Source: Trichoplax sp. H2 (taxonomy: Eukaryota). Taken from it: a stretch of 64,000 nt of DNA. The position numbers and the translations under genes were made by a program. The stretch lies in NCBI GenBank assembly GCA_003344405.1, contig NOWV01000012.1:806001-870000 (forward strand). The letters are read 5' to 3'. Numbering within the stretch: the stretch's first letter is position 1; every line of letters begins with the position of its first letter. Positions 37,285 through 51,455 of this stretch are shown here, piece after piece. The notes under the pieces are model-generated. The model was not told the origin of the DNA and did not search any database. It saw only the letters and a program-made list of their open reading frames with translations.

Positions 37285-40200
37285 ATGGAATGCTCAGTAT
37301 GCAATAAAAAATACAAATTGGCCGAAATATATCCTAATAAGATATCACAAGTAGCAATGTGCAAGGTACGTCTTTAATTTGATATGATGTTTTGTATTGA
37401 AATCAGTCATGAGATGCATACTATGACAGTGATAAACTTGATTTTTCCTTGTAAGGCATGCCATGATTTCTCTTATAACTCTGAATGTACGCTGGATGAA
37501 GATGGCCATTATGCACAATGTGCTTGGTGTGGAGCTAGAAACGAAATTTTACTATGTAGTAGTTGTAAAAATAGTTTCTGCACTACATGCATTAGACAAA
37601 ATTTTGGTAGAAAAGTACTGGAAGTGATTCAAAATCTCAAATTTTGGAGATGCTTTGCTTGCGATGATCCGTTCATAAAAAGTTCACAAGAAAATTATGA
37701 GGGAATTTGCTTCGGTAGTAATTCGATAAAGGAAAGCAGCGTCGTGAAAGGCAGGTGTTATGGTAAACCGAGCGACAAGGACTTAATGGAATCCAAATCA
37801 ATCGATACAGCTAGTTATGCTCTTGGATCTGACGATGCCAGTGACGTTTCTACTAATGTTAGTGTAGGGGAACATAACTTGGATAGTAACGTTAATGAGG
37901 CGGTTTCGAATGTTGACTCTTTGGCAGTGGATAGAAACCAAGAGTTAAATCGATATTTAGCAGAAGATATGATAGCGGCTGATCAAACATATGACAGACA
38001 TAGCTGTGTTGACTTTGAAATTCGTTTATCTTCTGATGATTGGAAGAATGCACTAGACATGCATCGAACTGAGAATATAAATACAATTAGCAGCCGACGC
38101 CTGAAATTAGGAACGATGCCAACATTTCCTTGTTTTCATATAGTGGCTGTTGGTTTAGAAGATTTAAATATCAAAAAATTAAAACTGCTTTACCCGACGT
38201 ATAAGATTACAGTTGATCATGATCCTTTCTTATTGGAAGATAGAACCGAAGATAAGTCTTTAGATAGCGATTATGATAATCCTGATATACAGTCAATTCA
38301 TGATAGTCAAAGCGAAAGTCAGGAGTCCTCATTTTTAAGCAAGATAGAAAGAAAATTACTAGGGAAACAACATCCAAAGAGTCGAAAACACCGTCTTAAA
38401 TCGGACATTTCTGACATAAGTGATGGAAAATGTAATCATTCTAATGTAAAACGTATGAAATTAGAGTCTGGATCGTTGAATTCTGATGAAGATAATTATC
38501 CATCATCATCTCACGATATATCAGATAACGAATCAGATGAACCTATTTCGGATAATTCATCATTTTGGTCGAGTTGTAATGAATTCGATGATGAACATAT
38601 CGATAGTGAATGTAATCTCAGCGATAGTAATGAAGCAAGTAACAACTTTAGCGATAAATCAACAGAATACTCGTCATCAATTTCGGATTCTGATAGCTCG
38701 GTGTTGAATATGGAAGACCTGATTAGTGATAGAAAAGCAAGAGTGCGTCGATCAGTCGAGAAAGACCTTACAGATGCTGATAGTATCACGAGCATTTCAA
38801 CGGATACCGAAAGTAATGCTACCAAGGCTGTGCTAAAAAGCGCTTTGCAATATAGTCCTACTAAATCAGAATCTTCTAGGCATAAAGCAACTGTTAAAGA
38901 CTGTGAGATAACTCACCATGATAAAAGGCAGGTCTCTGTATCGTCGGAACGTCGTCGCGATAACCCATCAAGCCACTGTTCTTTCCGAAATGCAGATTCA
39001 GTGTGTGATAATTCGGTATCATCGGAACGTCGTCGCGATGACCCATCAAGCCACTGTTCTTTCCGAAATGCAGATTCAGTGTGTGATAATTCGGTAAAGA
39101 TATCTTCGACATTGACTTCTGTCAATGAGCCTGATAATCAGAGTGAACATGCAATGGAAATTATTGCTTCTAGTAAAGATAAAGAAAATACTCACCACAC
39201 TAATAACGTCGAAGATCGTAAATCACCTCCAAATGCTACGCATGAAGATGATTCTCCTTCTACAGTATGTTTAAAAAAGAACTCTGCTGGTCGTAAGAAA
39301 ATACGCCGGGTTCTTAACTATTTTGAGCTAGATCCGGAAACCCGAGCTGCGGCGAAGGAAGAAAAAAAAAGATTAGATCGCATTAAAGATCAGAAGCGTT
39401 CGAAAACTACTTCTTCTGCAACTAATAGTCAAGTAGATGACTTTATTTTAGAGAAACATGATAATAAAAAGATTGTTCACGTCCAATCATTCATTAGTAA
39501 GCATCTAAAAGCTCATCAGAAGGAAGGTATAAAATTTATGTGGACAAGCTGTATCGAGTCAGTTGATCGAATTGCTGAACCTGGATCTGGTTGTATAATT
39601 GCACATTCGATGGGCTTGGGTAAAACGTTACAGGTAGCTTCTAGCATTCGTATTGTTCCGGTTCATACTTTTAAACTTATTCTCAACTAATCACTGGTCT
39701 AAATAGGTTATCGCTTTCATCGATGCAGTATTGAACTATGGTAATGAAAGCATACAGAGCGTACTTGTAGTATGCCCTAAAAATGTTTTATTAAATTGGG
39801 CACTGGAGTTTAAAAAGTGGCTCAAGGGGGAAAATAGTTATAGTGTAAGTTATTACTAGAATTGTTAAAATATAAGAGAAATTCTTAATTAATCTGAAAA
39901 TATATGACCCTATATCTTGCAGGTACACACTTTTTCAGCTACCTTAAGCAGTACTAAGGACCGTTTGAGGCCTCTACGGCTCTGGCATGCTACGAAGGGT
40001 TTAATGATTATTAGTTATAATATGTATACGAAGTTGTTATCACCTGATAAATCTAATTTTGATCGCAGTTGTAATGATTTTCTTGAACAAGTTCTATTGG
40101 AACCTGGTGAGTAATGCTTACGCTTTACCTAATAACATTTATTTAACGTAACTTGGGTAAATTTTTCAATTATTGCAGGTCCGGACATTGTTATATGTGA

Positions 40201-43052
40201 CGAAGGACATTTGCTTAAAAGTCAAAAAACTAAAATTTCTGAGATTTTAAATAGAATCAGGACGAAACGACGTATTATACTAACTGGGACACCTTTACAA
40301 AACAATTTAAGCGAATGTATATACTCCGTAAAAAGATCTTTTATTTACAAATGTGCAGATGTACTTTACTATATTTACATTTTTTCCTTTCCTGGATCTA
40401 GATCTTGACTTAACTTTTGAATTATTTTTGTACCAGATTATTATATGGTCAATTTTGTTAAGCCACGGTTACTTGGCTCGATGAGTGAATTCAAAAATAG
40501 GTTCATTAATCCAATTCGTAATGGACTACATGCGGATTCTACAAGGGATGATGTAAAATATATGAAGAAACGCACTTATGTATTGAATTTGAAAGTCAAG
40601 GCTTTTGTACAGGTTGCCGGTGTAATGTTTTGTATTAGGTTATATGTTGAAGAATTTCTTTATTAACTTAGCTCGTTATACATTTATGCAGAGATACGAT
40701 TACGATGTGTTAGAGTCTGAGCTGCCTCCGAAACATGAATATGTTATTTATATTCGTATGTCGAGAAAACAATGTGAACTTTACAAATCTTACTTAGAAA
40801 AGTTTGCATCTGACGATCATCTACATTTTCGGACCTACTGTAAGTATTTTTCTCCCATCATCATTGTAACTATTTTCCTGCTATGAGGAATTTATAGATT
40901 TGGCTTTGTGTGTAGCTTTATTTGGTGATTTCTCGAACTTGACAAGCATTTGGACGTATCCTTGGAATTGGAAAAGAGATAATAATAATTCCATGAAGGA
41001 CATGGTTTCTGAAAACGATGAAGTCAGCACTGTTAGTGATGGAGGGTGCTCTACTACATGGAAAGATTCAAGTCTGGCTGAAGATTGTGACCATCTTCAA
41101 AATGATACCGGCATTATTGACGCTACGAGGCTTGATTTAGGTGATACGACCAAAGGAAATGAAAATGATACAGCTAATACACGTGTAAATAGTGATGACG
41201 GAAGTAAAAAGGCTGTAACCGTGGATCAGTTAGTATTAAACACTACTATTAATTCAGCTAGTGATAAAGATGCAGTTGATAGACATAAAAAGCGCTGGCT
41301 GGAACAACTTGCGAAGGTTCCACAAGAAGATCTTATGACATATTGTAACAAAATGAAAGTCGTTGTGAAAATAATCGATCTGGCCTATAAATTACAAGAG
41401 AAAGTAATTATATTCAGCCATAGTCTATGTTGTCTGACATTGATTGAAGAAGTATTGAGAGAGAATTGTACACCTAGCTTGTCATATGAAGACTACTGCA
41501 GAATGGACGGAAGAACGTCTGCGGAACTACGTCAGCGTTATATTGATAAATTTAATAATAGCAATAGCTATCGGTAAGACCTGTGTACTTGTACTCTGTA
41601 ATAAAGTATATTAGGTAATAAGATTAATTACATCATTTGTAGTTCTAAGAATTTTATTTGATCAAGGTGTTGATAATTTCTGCATAAATTAACTTTCTTA
41701 ACTTTCTAATGTTTTTAGATGCAGAGTATTCCTAATTTCGACGCGTGCTGGTAGCTTAGGAATTAATTTGACTGCTGCTAGTAGAGTAGTTTTATTTGAC
41801 GTTGGTTGGAATCCGTCTTATGATATGCAAGCGATTTTCCGTGCTTACCGATTTGGGCAAAGAAAAACGGTTTATGTTTATCGTCTTGTCGCAAAGGTAT
41901 GACTGTAAAGTTGACATATAAAGTAATTGCATCGATATTTAAATGGGATGATATGCGTGATTAGTCCTTCTTTACCCGAAACTGATAGGGTACAATGGAA
42001 CAAAAAATCTATGAAAGACAGGTTGATGTTATTTCAGGAATACGTATAGAAATGCAATAAATCCAACCATGAACTATACATATGCCTCTTCATTGAATTA
42101 GGTTACGAAACAATCATTAGCTTACAGAGTTATTGACAAGCGTCAAATCGAGCGCCATTATACCATGTCAGAATTGCAGGAACTGTATGCCTTTACTCCT
42201 GAGCCGGATAATTTAAAAACTCCCTTAGTCCCACAGGTTTACTGAACTATATTCTTGTTCAAGTCTAGGGATGTAATGCGTAACGGTATTTGATATGGAT
42301 CGTTTGTGTATAATTAGGATCAAATTCTTGCGGAAATTATACAGGATCTACATCCGAAAATCCTTTTAAGTTATCATGAACATGATTCTTTACTCAAGAA
42401 TATAGAATCAGAAAAATTAACAGAAGATGAGCGGAAGGCTGCATGGGAAGAATATAAAGCAGACGAAACGTAATCTTTTGATTTGAGAATCAGTCATTGT
42501 TATCATTCTTCACGTGGCAAGATTAACTTAAAATTTTTTATTTTATTTATTTACAATTCTTAGGCGGCAGTTAAAGCAGCTGCAAGGAAACGACAATCCC
42601 ATAGGTAATTCTAGTTATGTATGTTGAACCCGTTGTAGTTGGTATTATCATTACGAACGCAGCAGCTGAATTATAGGAAATAAGCTAGATTGATTGTTAT
42701 GGATTATGCAATACTTTTATTTGCTTGCTGCTTTTTTATCTTAATTTGATTATAATAAAGCATGCTATGCATATTCTGTATTTATTGCAAAGTGGTATTC
42801 TGAATTTATGCGAAGCGAATGTAGAAAACTTATTCGATCTCATTATCTGCCTATTTTGGATTAGGACTCGAGCAGGCGCAAAACATGCTATCATTGAATA
42901 CTAATGGAAGTTTTGGTAATAATCAAGAAATTGTAAATAGTACGACGGGCGAATTGCCGTCGCAATTGGATAATCGTAGTGAGATGTTACCATCAACTCA
43001 CGCTCAGTTGAATTTCCCTGGATATCGATCTTCATTCGGTTACATGGCTTAG
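37285..43052 (+). CDS. ATRX: ATRX-family SNF2 chromatin remodeller with N-terminal ADD zinc finger; multi-exon, true start may lie further upstream
   Basis: ADD domain: CSVC...CK|ACHDF...[14 protein letters not shown]...[20 protein letters not shown]...WRCFAC. ATRX-like GRKKIRRVL...[12 protein letters not shown]. Helicase motifs [36 protein letters not shown] and [11 protein letters not shown], then HEHDSLL...ERKAAWEEY. Stop TAG at 43050-43052. Confidence 0.93.
38938..39093 (+). repeat. In-frame 78-bp (26 aa) tandem duplication in the ATRX linker
   Basis: VSSERRRD(N/D)[17 protein letters not shown] occurs twice with near-identical DNA. Confidence 0.96.
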
Positions 43053-43997
43053 AACATGTAGATTGGTTGTTTATATAAATAAGATGTTACACGTTAAATA
43101 AAGTGTATTGTGAAGCATTGATAATTTTTCAATTATATTGTACGAGTATTTGTTTCTGGCCAAGTGGTAAGATTGGTAGAAGTTCGGCTGCTTTACTGTG
43201 GATAAATAGAAACGACTTCATTATAAAGCGTTCGACATTAGTGTATTATCTTCAAATTTTTATTTTACCTTTGAGATTAAAAGTAGAGCTATAAGAGATT
43301 TAGTCGTTCGCAGTTGCTATTAATACTAATTACAGTACAGTAGATATTCTGTTTTCGTATTGACATTCAGCTAGTTAATGTATGAAAATACTGAGTCTGT
43401 TATGTGTTTGCATATAAAGTTAAGTTTTCTTTGGTAACCCAGTATTATCTGTTATTGTTACAAACACAATTATAAATCTAACACTTTAAAGCGTTTTTTT
43501 ATATGGAATAATGTTTGTGATATCAGTACTGTATGTTATGCTGACAATCCTGTATTACGGTCTAATATGTTAAGGAAAGCAATAAATTTATTTTAGTAAC
43601 TTAAAAAGCTATTCGCAAATGTAATTGTAGATAGTTTAAAGTTATATTATCAATTGATGAGATCGGTGCTTGCGAATGCCTTAGTCGTTACGGAAACATA
43701 TATCTGTATAGTTTCGTGACATTTTGATTTATGTCAAATATAGTTGATTACAGACTTGACAGTAAATGAATCGACTTGATAACTACTTTGAAGAAATGTA
43801 AAATGACCACAGAAAATATTTGTATCATTTACCACTGGTGATACCATATTTATTTTCGGTAAGCGATGATACATTATAATTTATTCGAGCTATATGATAA
43901 TTTCAAAGGGATGTTCTTGAATATCCTTTTGATCAAAACTTCACGTTTCTTTTCAAACTATATGCGGAATGGTAAATGTGTAATGTTCAAGAAAAAA

Positions 43998-45068
43998 TCA
44001 CTGATCATTTTGTTGCTGTTTCTTTTTTCGAGGCGATTTCAGCTTTCTAGCATTGCCCATTTTGCGCCAATCAGCTGCTAATCGTATATCTTGCTTTGTA
44101 ACAGCACTAAAATCCAATTGCCTTAGATTAGGAAGGAGGGAAAGAACGTAATTCCTATATCCCTGTACGTCAACAATAGGGTTACCATGGAGTGCTATCG
44201 ATTTCAGCTCAGTTAAAGATGCTAGTTTATCAATCTCTTCTATGTCTTCGATTTTATTACCATGTAGATATAAAACTTTTATACATGGATAATTAAGCAA
44301 GACCTGTATATGTAGAGGAGCTGTTATTAGTTTAAATCTAAATTTTCAAACCGAATAATTGTTTAAGTTGAGCTATAATTTAGGATGTAACAAAATACCG
44401 TACCTTGTCAATTTTTGTTATACTGTTGAAAGACAAATCTAGCCATGACAAACCATTTGGTTTATCCAGAAGTTTTTCTACTACTTCTGGAAAGCCGTCA
44501 AAGTTTTTAACATAATTATTGTTAATTCGTAAAGAGTTGGTATGGTGCTTGCCGGAAGAGCTTATCTAGCAATTTGATGGCAATAGTCAGAGTTATTATA
44601 TTACAGTAGACTAAGATATGAACAATATTTAGATTATGTAAATTCGAGTAACTTTAGCTTCATACTTTGTATTTGACTTTTCCAAGCCTGGGTTCTTCAT
44701 TGCGGAGATCTACAATATTGATTGGAAATTGTAATGCTTGGATGATAGTTTTACATTTTGTCTAAATAACTTAAAATTTACGTTTCTTTCTAGCAATAGA
44801 GAAACCTTTGATAATTATATTATTTAGTGTGACAACATCAAGTAATATTTCTATTGGGACATTAAAGTATGCATTTCAGATCTCAAAGTATTAAGCATTA
44901 GCAACTTTCGATGAAAGATGCTTTAAGAGGAAATGACCATTGCAATAACAAGCAAGTATTACCAGAGAGTGTTTCGATGTGCTTGAAGGAGAAATCTAGT
45001 GGGGGCCCATTTTCAACATTACAATCAATGGCATGAACAATTTGGTGTCGGCGTGGACTGTTACTCAT
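43998..45068 (-). CDS. LRRC51: Leucine-rich repeat-containing protein 51; multi-exon
   Basis: MSNSPRR...GPPLDFSFKHIETLS|DLRNEEPRLG, LRINNN, LSWLDLSFNSITKID, VLYLHGNKIEDIEEIDKLASLTELKSIALHGNP...YRNYVLSLLPNLRQLDFSAVTKQD follow LRRC51 over its full length. Confidence 0.92.
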
Positions 45069-45663
45069 TTCGATATTTGTGTTTGTTAATGATACGAATT
45101 TTCCTATATGTAAAAATGAAATTGTGAAAGGCAAATATTGATCAGATTACTGTTGTAGTGATAATTTCGTGATTTCAATTTAATGATCGATATTTGTATC
45201 TATAAATTTGAGAGTAGTGATGAATTGTAAGTTATTGGTGTAAAATTAGTAAATAGTCAGAATACCTTTTCACTTGCAGCTGTTAGGGAATGCGTAGATT
45301 TGCTAGACGATTTATTTGATTACTAGAGTTTAGACAATAATAGATGTTGGTTTCTTCGTCCAATAATCATATCCTATTTCAATTGGGATTCATAGCCAAT
45401 GTTAACGTTGTTGGTATTCCTTGAGGGATTATGAATTGCTTTACGCGTAGGTAAGAATATTAGGAAATACAGTGGAATATTGTGCTGCAATAATATATTA
45501 TATCGATCAATTACATCTATCTGAAGAGGTAGTAACCAGTAACGTAACTAAGTATTAAGATATAAAATGGTTAACTTGGTATTTATCCATCTCTACGCCA
45601 ATATATACTGTAGTCTTGCTAGCATTTGTGATGGCAAAGGATCGGGTGTTGTCATAGCGATAG

Positions 45664-46660
45664 CGTGTACCGTACAGTGTACAGTGTACAGTACCATGGA
45701 CTACTCAATTATACTGTACGATGGCCCAGACGGCTCAGACAGTCAGACAGCCAAGACGGCAAAAATAGTTGTACAGTATACTTTGAACAATTGTATAATG
45801 TACAGTCCAGTCCACTTTTGCCAGTTCTACTGTACAATCTGATTATTTTCGATGTCTCCCCTTCGTTCAAAAATCAAAGTTGTATTCCGTTGAAATTCCA
45901 GTGTAGTATTTATATATACCCGTAGAAGGATATCTCCGAAGATAGATTATCATGATAACATGAACGTACAGTATAGTACTGTACTGTACAGTTTTTTCTT
46001 ACATTACACAGTACAGTACAGTACAGTACAGTATAACAGTACATGATGTACCGATGATTTAAAGTGTACTAATAGTACACAGTACAGTACAGTAGTCCTT
46101 GTCTGTACGCCCGTGCGTCTGTACTATTCTTTTAAGAACTACAGTACTGTACAGTGTACAGTGTACAGTACTGCCCTGTCCAGTACTGTAGCTACGAAAA
46201 GAGAAGTGCAGACATACAGACGTACAGACAAGGACTACTGTAGTACTGTATGTACTGTACTGTTAGTACAGTACACTTTAAGTCATCGGTATATCATATG
46301 ACTGTTTCGTCACTCTTCTATCTTTCGGCAGTTGCCGATTTCGTCAGCGACTTCTATTTTCTCTCTATCAACTGTTGACTATATTATACTATTATATTAT
46401 TCAGAGTAAAATAAAAATACTGAAGGTGAACTGTAGAAAGCAAGTGCTTAGTACTTTAATAGAGACGATTTCGTCATGCTTCCGACGGTACAGTACTGAG
46501 TACTGGAATCTACAGTACAGTACCTACTATACGTACAGTACAGTACCCGATCCAGTACAGTACAGTATTATACTGCATGAAAGAATAAAATGGACTCAGA
46601 GTCATGACAGTACGGTACTGTAGTCCGGTATACTGTACACTGTACAGTACTGTACTGTAT
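45664..46660. repeat. TACAG/CTGTA tracts filling the LRRC51-LAMTOR1 divergent intergenic region
   Basis: acagtacagtacagtacagtacagt and tactgtacactgtacagtactgtactgta, among others. Confidence 0.85.
46043..46297. repeat. Long imperfect inverted repeat (~110-120 bp arms)
   Basis: atgatgtaccgatgatttaaagtgtact...cagtagtccttgtctgtacg pairs with cgtacagacaaggactactg...agtacactttaagtcatcggtatatcat. Confidence 0.9.
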
Positions 46661-46845
46661 ATTGCTTCAGCCGCACACCACGCAGGAGCAGGTCGTCGGC
46701 AGTTCTCACTTGCAAGTTAGATGATTTTTGAATAGTAATCCTGACCGAAATCAGCTTCTAGGTGATCATCCAAACGGTCCATTGATCATCGGTTTTATAC
46801 ATCAATTGATTCTATATCTTTGCTGTAGAATTAATCACAAGCAGC

Positions 46846-48990
46846 ATGGGCTGCTGTTTCTCCAACTCCTCTGATGAACGTTTCGATGTTCAGGTAACAT
46901 GAGAAAGTGTCGAGTGTAGACGCGTCTAGATGACAGTGCTCTTCACATGCAGAAAAGAGTCATTTCCCATTGGAATATAAATTCACTTTATTCCAATGAT
47001 GGAATGACTACGCTTATGATACTACTGTACACTCCAATAATGCTTCCAATCGAGTCATAAGTAATGGATAAAAATGCTCTTGAAGCGACGATATACAATG
47101 CGTCTCTTTTCAATATTGTACAAGCACTATCTTGAGTTCAAAGAGTCATTTTTGCCGCCTGTTGTATCTTGATTGTTTGTCTGATCGTCAGCGTATGATA
47201 GAATTCGTATATGTTGAACAATGTATTGGTTGCGTTGCTTGTTTAGTAAGAATGGTACTTATAATGTCTAAACTCTGTTAATGGCATAATTGAATCGAGT
47301 AACCAAACGGTGTGATATTTTAGAATCCGATTATTAATGAGAGAACGCCTTTAATGGTGGATTCATCGGCAGTTCCATCACGTCCTGTATTTAGGTAAGT
47401 CACTACGAAACCTGATCATGGCTGGCATTTTCAAACTGTTAAACCTATATTTACGCGTATATCGTCAATAGAATAAAAGTAGCTAAATCAACTTCGTAAA
47501 ATAGCTCTATTTTACTCGGTAGATAGTCAACGATTTGCAGATGTTTTTCATTAGTAAATTACCTAGCTTAGGTTTTGCACCGGCTTTCAAATATTACCCA
47601 AAGTCTTACCTTTGTCGCAATGTTGTGCAGCATAAAGACTTTAGTCAGCCTATGAAACAGTGGACTTCATTACTCCGCACAGAGGACGATATAAGCTACA
47701 ATAGTAGTAAACCTTTTATGTACTGTACTATATTTACATGACATCAATGTATCAATCTAGATATCGAGAGAAAGTTGTTCTAATTGATATAGTTTTCTAT
47801 TTGATTGGAGAAAAATTCTTTTTTAGGCTGTAAATTACTTAGTATTGATAAGGTTCAATGTTGCCACCTATAAACATGAAATAATATTTACCTTAACAAT
47901 AATAGAAATAACTTATGTTCAATAGTAATGACTTTGCGCCCAACGAATCTTTAACGTCGCCCAAAGAGAATGATGAAAAGGGTGCTGTAAATAAAATATT
48001 ACATGAAGTTTCACGGTATGCAATGATTTACATACTACGTGGTATAAATTGAATCGATGCTATATCTTAAATTCTATGCTTTCTTGTGTGCTGGTATAAA
48101 TTGAATCGATAAAATAACCCTATAATTATTTCTAGAAATGTGATAGATATCGCAAATATGGAATCAGGAGGTATCGAGCAGATAAAATATTCAGAACGGG
48201 AGAAAGTATATAGGTAGGAATTTAATTATTCAATTAGATTTACAGTACCATTTGCTAGGACAAAATTTATAGTTGCTTCCTTTAGCTACTGTAGATGAAA
48301 GATATCATGATTTGCAATATAGCTTCATGTTTGCGAGATTTGATAGCGTGCATCATGTATATCAGTTATATGGTCTTACAATTGATTAGAATACATGATA
48401 ATAGCTTCGAGCAGTTAACTATACTAGAATTAATTTCCTTTGGTATCTTTAGGTTGATTTACTTACAGCTAATTCATGATATGAATGTCAATTAATTTGT
48501 ATTTGCGTATATTGTATGACAGTGACTTTACTGTGCCATTTAATATGTCATAGCAGTTGTAATCGACAATCTACCTCTTTGTGATTGAGTTATCACAGTA
48601 ACGATAAGTAATTTCTTGTCTTCCTACATTTTTAAACTTAGCTCAAAAGTAGCGGTGCTTGCTATCAAGCCAACTAGCAGTGCTAGAAATGATATTTTAA
48701 GTATTGATAGTGTATCTGTGGTCAACGTGCTAAGCGAAAAAACTACTAATGATAGAAAAATGGTGAGTAGCCAAATTACTTGAGCTAACAACGAGTCAAC
48801 ATGTATTAAGATTCTTATTGCTTGATGTTGCCAAGTTCTGCTTTGGCTATCATGGTATTTATTCATACTGATAGGTTTCATTTCACCTTATTAGATTACC
48901 GATAATATAAAGCAAGTAGCTTCGGCCTTTTCTTCGATGGGAATTAAAAGTACTAAGCCATTAGTTGTACAATTTGACTCAGTTCCTTAG
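46846..48990 (+). CDS. LAMTOR1: Ragulator complex protein LAMTOR1 (p18); 6 coding exons
   Basis: MGCCFS N-terminus (myristoylation/palmitoylation), NERTPLM, DEKGAVNKILHEVSRNVIDIA, YSEREKVYS and C-terminal IKSTKPLVVQFDSVP-TAG. All introns are GT-AG and phase-consistent. Confidence 0.92.
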
Positions 48991-49770
48991 CTATATTAAG
49001 AACGCAAAGTTATTAAATAAAGATTATCATAACTACCGTATCTATCGATATCGATGTGAAATGAAACTGGAATTAATATTATACCATTCCTATCGGTGAC
49101 ATTTTCGTTGCGTATTTCGGTGGCGTAAATTAACTGTTGGGTAAAATTGCAAAGTCAACGTTATAGCTAAATGGATTCCATCCTGTGATTAACCATAAAT
49201 TGACTGTATTTAAAAAATATTACTCTTGTGAATGTAAAGGAGGCGTTCAATATAGGATATTCATTTATCAATTTTCCTGTCTGAAGAATGGCCGACAACA
49301 CGTTGTAAAATTTAATTATCTTAAATGCATGCTATGTACAGATTAACAATTTCGTTTGTAACGAATCTACATAATATGTACATTTTCTTTTTATTATTAA
49401 CATCATTAGAGATATAATATTATCAAGACTGATCTAGATAGTGATTATCATCGTAGTAAAATTTTCATGATTGATTGTCCTTAACCTGTTGCTTGATATG
49501 CTCACTACAAATAGTATACTGTGATAATAGTGTGATTGCTACAATATCTAGCTTTCATATACGAAAATTAGCTGTAAACGTAGGCATTTAACAAGTTTTA
49601 GATCAATTATTCATCAATTCTATATATTTATTTTGTTTCAATAACGAGATTGTAAACCTACTATTAAATATAGCTAACGAGAAAATATATATTCAAGATA
49701 GGAGCTCTTTGAAAGCTATTTTCTTGCGGTTCATTTTGCTGTATTGAAATTTAAAAGAAATAAAATTATC

Positions 49771-50158
49771 ATTGAACTTTCGTTTATTTTGCCTTACGTA
49801 TATTTTAGTCACTACAGGTATTTTGAACTCATAGAGTAAAATAACGTCAACCTACTGTATAGGAGGGCATTTACTGTCTTGTTATTAATGTATTGTAAAT
49901 CTCTTATTGAACTTTTGTTTATTTTACCTTACGTATATTTTAGTCACTACAGGTATTTTGAATACATAGAGTAAAATAACGTCAACCTACTGTATAGGAG
50001 GGCATTTACTGTCTTGTTATTAATGTATTGTAAATCTCTTATTGAACTTTCGTTCATTTTACCTTACGTATATTTTAGTTAATACAGGTATTTTGAACTC
50101 GTAGAGTAAAATAACGTCAACCTACTGTATAAGAGGGCATTTACTGTCTTGTAAATCT
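49771..50158. repeat. Tandem repeat, 135-bp unit, 3 copies
   Basis: attgaacttt...ccttacgtatattttagt...gagggcatttactgtcttgt starts at 49771, 49906 and 50041. Confidence 0.96.
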
Positions 50159-51455
50159 CACGTATCATGCAGTCGTGTTTTCAAGTCAATAAATAGTTTT
50201 ATGTATCATATACGTATTCTGGTAGGCTAGCTTTTAATCCTATGAAATAGGATGACTGTATTCTCGATCACGGTTGTAATTCTTGAATAGAATTCTTTCA
50301 AGAAGTCGTATCTGATTGAACTACAGACTTCCTTGGAATTAGTGATATTTGTCTATGGATGTGTTTCAAGTGCAGCTAAAGACTACCATGTCCGATAATA
50401 AAAATTAACCGAGCATCATTTATATAGAGTTAAATACATATGTGTGCTCGTATGCGACAAGATAAACGTAACTATTCAAGTGTGCTGCACTTTTGTTTGT
50501 TTCTAGTGTGAATGTTAGTTACTGGTATACTCGTATATTCACCGATTATAATCATATACGTATGTTGCGTTACTATGAATTAACTGTCACAATATAACTC
50601 CAAGAATTCATGTACACTTTTACAGTATGCGTATTATCCAATACAGTATAAGAACATTTAGGTAGAACTTTTTAGAATACTTTATATAATTTGTACTCGC
50701 TGAATTACAATTAAACTAGCCTATGAACTGTAAATATCTGAGCTTCGATTGTATTAATACTGTATGCTAAGATTTTCGTATTTTTGTTGTTTTATAGGCA
50801 GCAATATACTCGTATCCTTCTTGGTAACGAGGACTTTGGATTTTTTCTTTTTATCTTGTATAGAAAATTTTAGTGGAAAGTTTATTTTCCAAGACGTCAT
50901 TATAGTGTAGAAATAAATAAATGTTAACATTTTTCAGTGGTGATACCAAGTAAAATTCTGTATAAGGATTCGATGGCATACGCATATATGGGAATACTGT
51001 AAGAGTAATCTTGAACAAGTATACAACACTAGACCGTAGAGTTGCAAGGACCACAGTATTACTGTTGCGTATCTAATAAGGTATTTTACAGTTATTCGCA
51101 GTTGAGGTCGAAGATATAGAAAGACGAGATTATTACATGGCAAATTTACCGATAGCATTCCATGTCTACAATATACGTACAGTAACGGTACAATGGCAAT
51201 TATACAAACTGTCTATGTTAGTATTGTACATTCGAATAGTTGTATAGTCAGTGTACGTAACCAAATTTGAACAAGTGTAAAAATGCTGGCAGTCTGGCCA
51301 ATTTGGAATTTCGTATGTCTTGATATTAGCGTTCACTAAAGCCAACAGTCAGATTGAATAAAACGATGGTAAAGGAATCCATTTGTTTGGACAACGATTG
51401 ACTCGATATCTTCCAGATCCACTTGACCAAAACGATCCACAGAAACAACTACTAG

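Noticed and set aside
37384-37455. ORF-track start MMFCIEIS... for ATRX and MALTLE... (16888) for NuMA
   Set aside because: The ATRX start lies in an intron (gtacgt...tgtaag) and the NuMA one is internal to a spliced exon; conserved upstream exons exist for both.
38486-39125. Alternative-frame and antisense ORFs overlapping ATRX (similar ones overlap NuMA and LRRC51)
   Set aside because: Shadow ORFs of real low-complexity coding exons.
40317-40436. ATRX intron with GTATATAC donor and GACTTAAC upstream of the acceptor as a U12 candidate
   Set aside because: The donor lacks the essential ATCC core and a pyrimidine tract is present; treated as U2-type.
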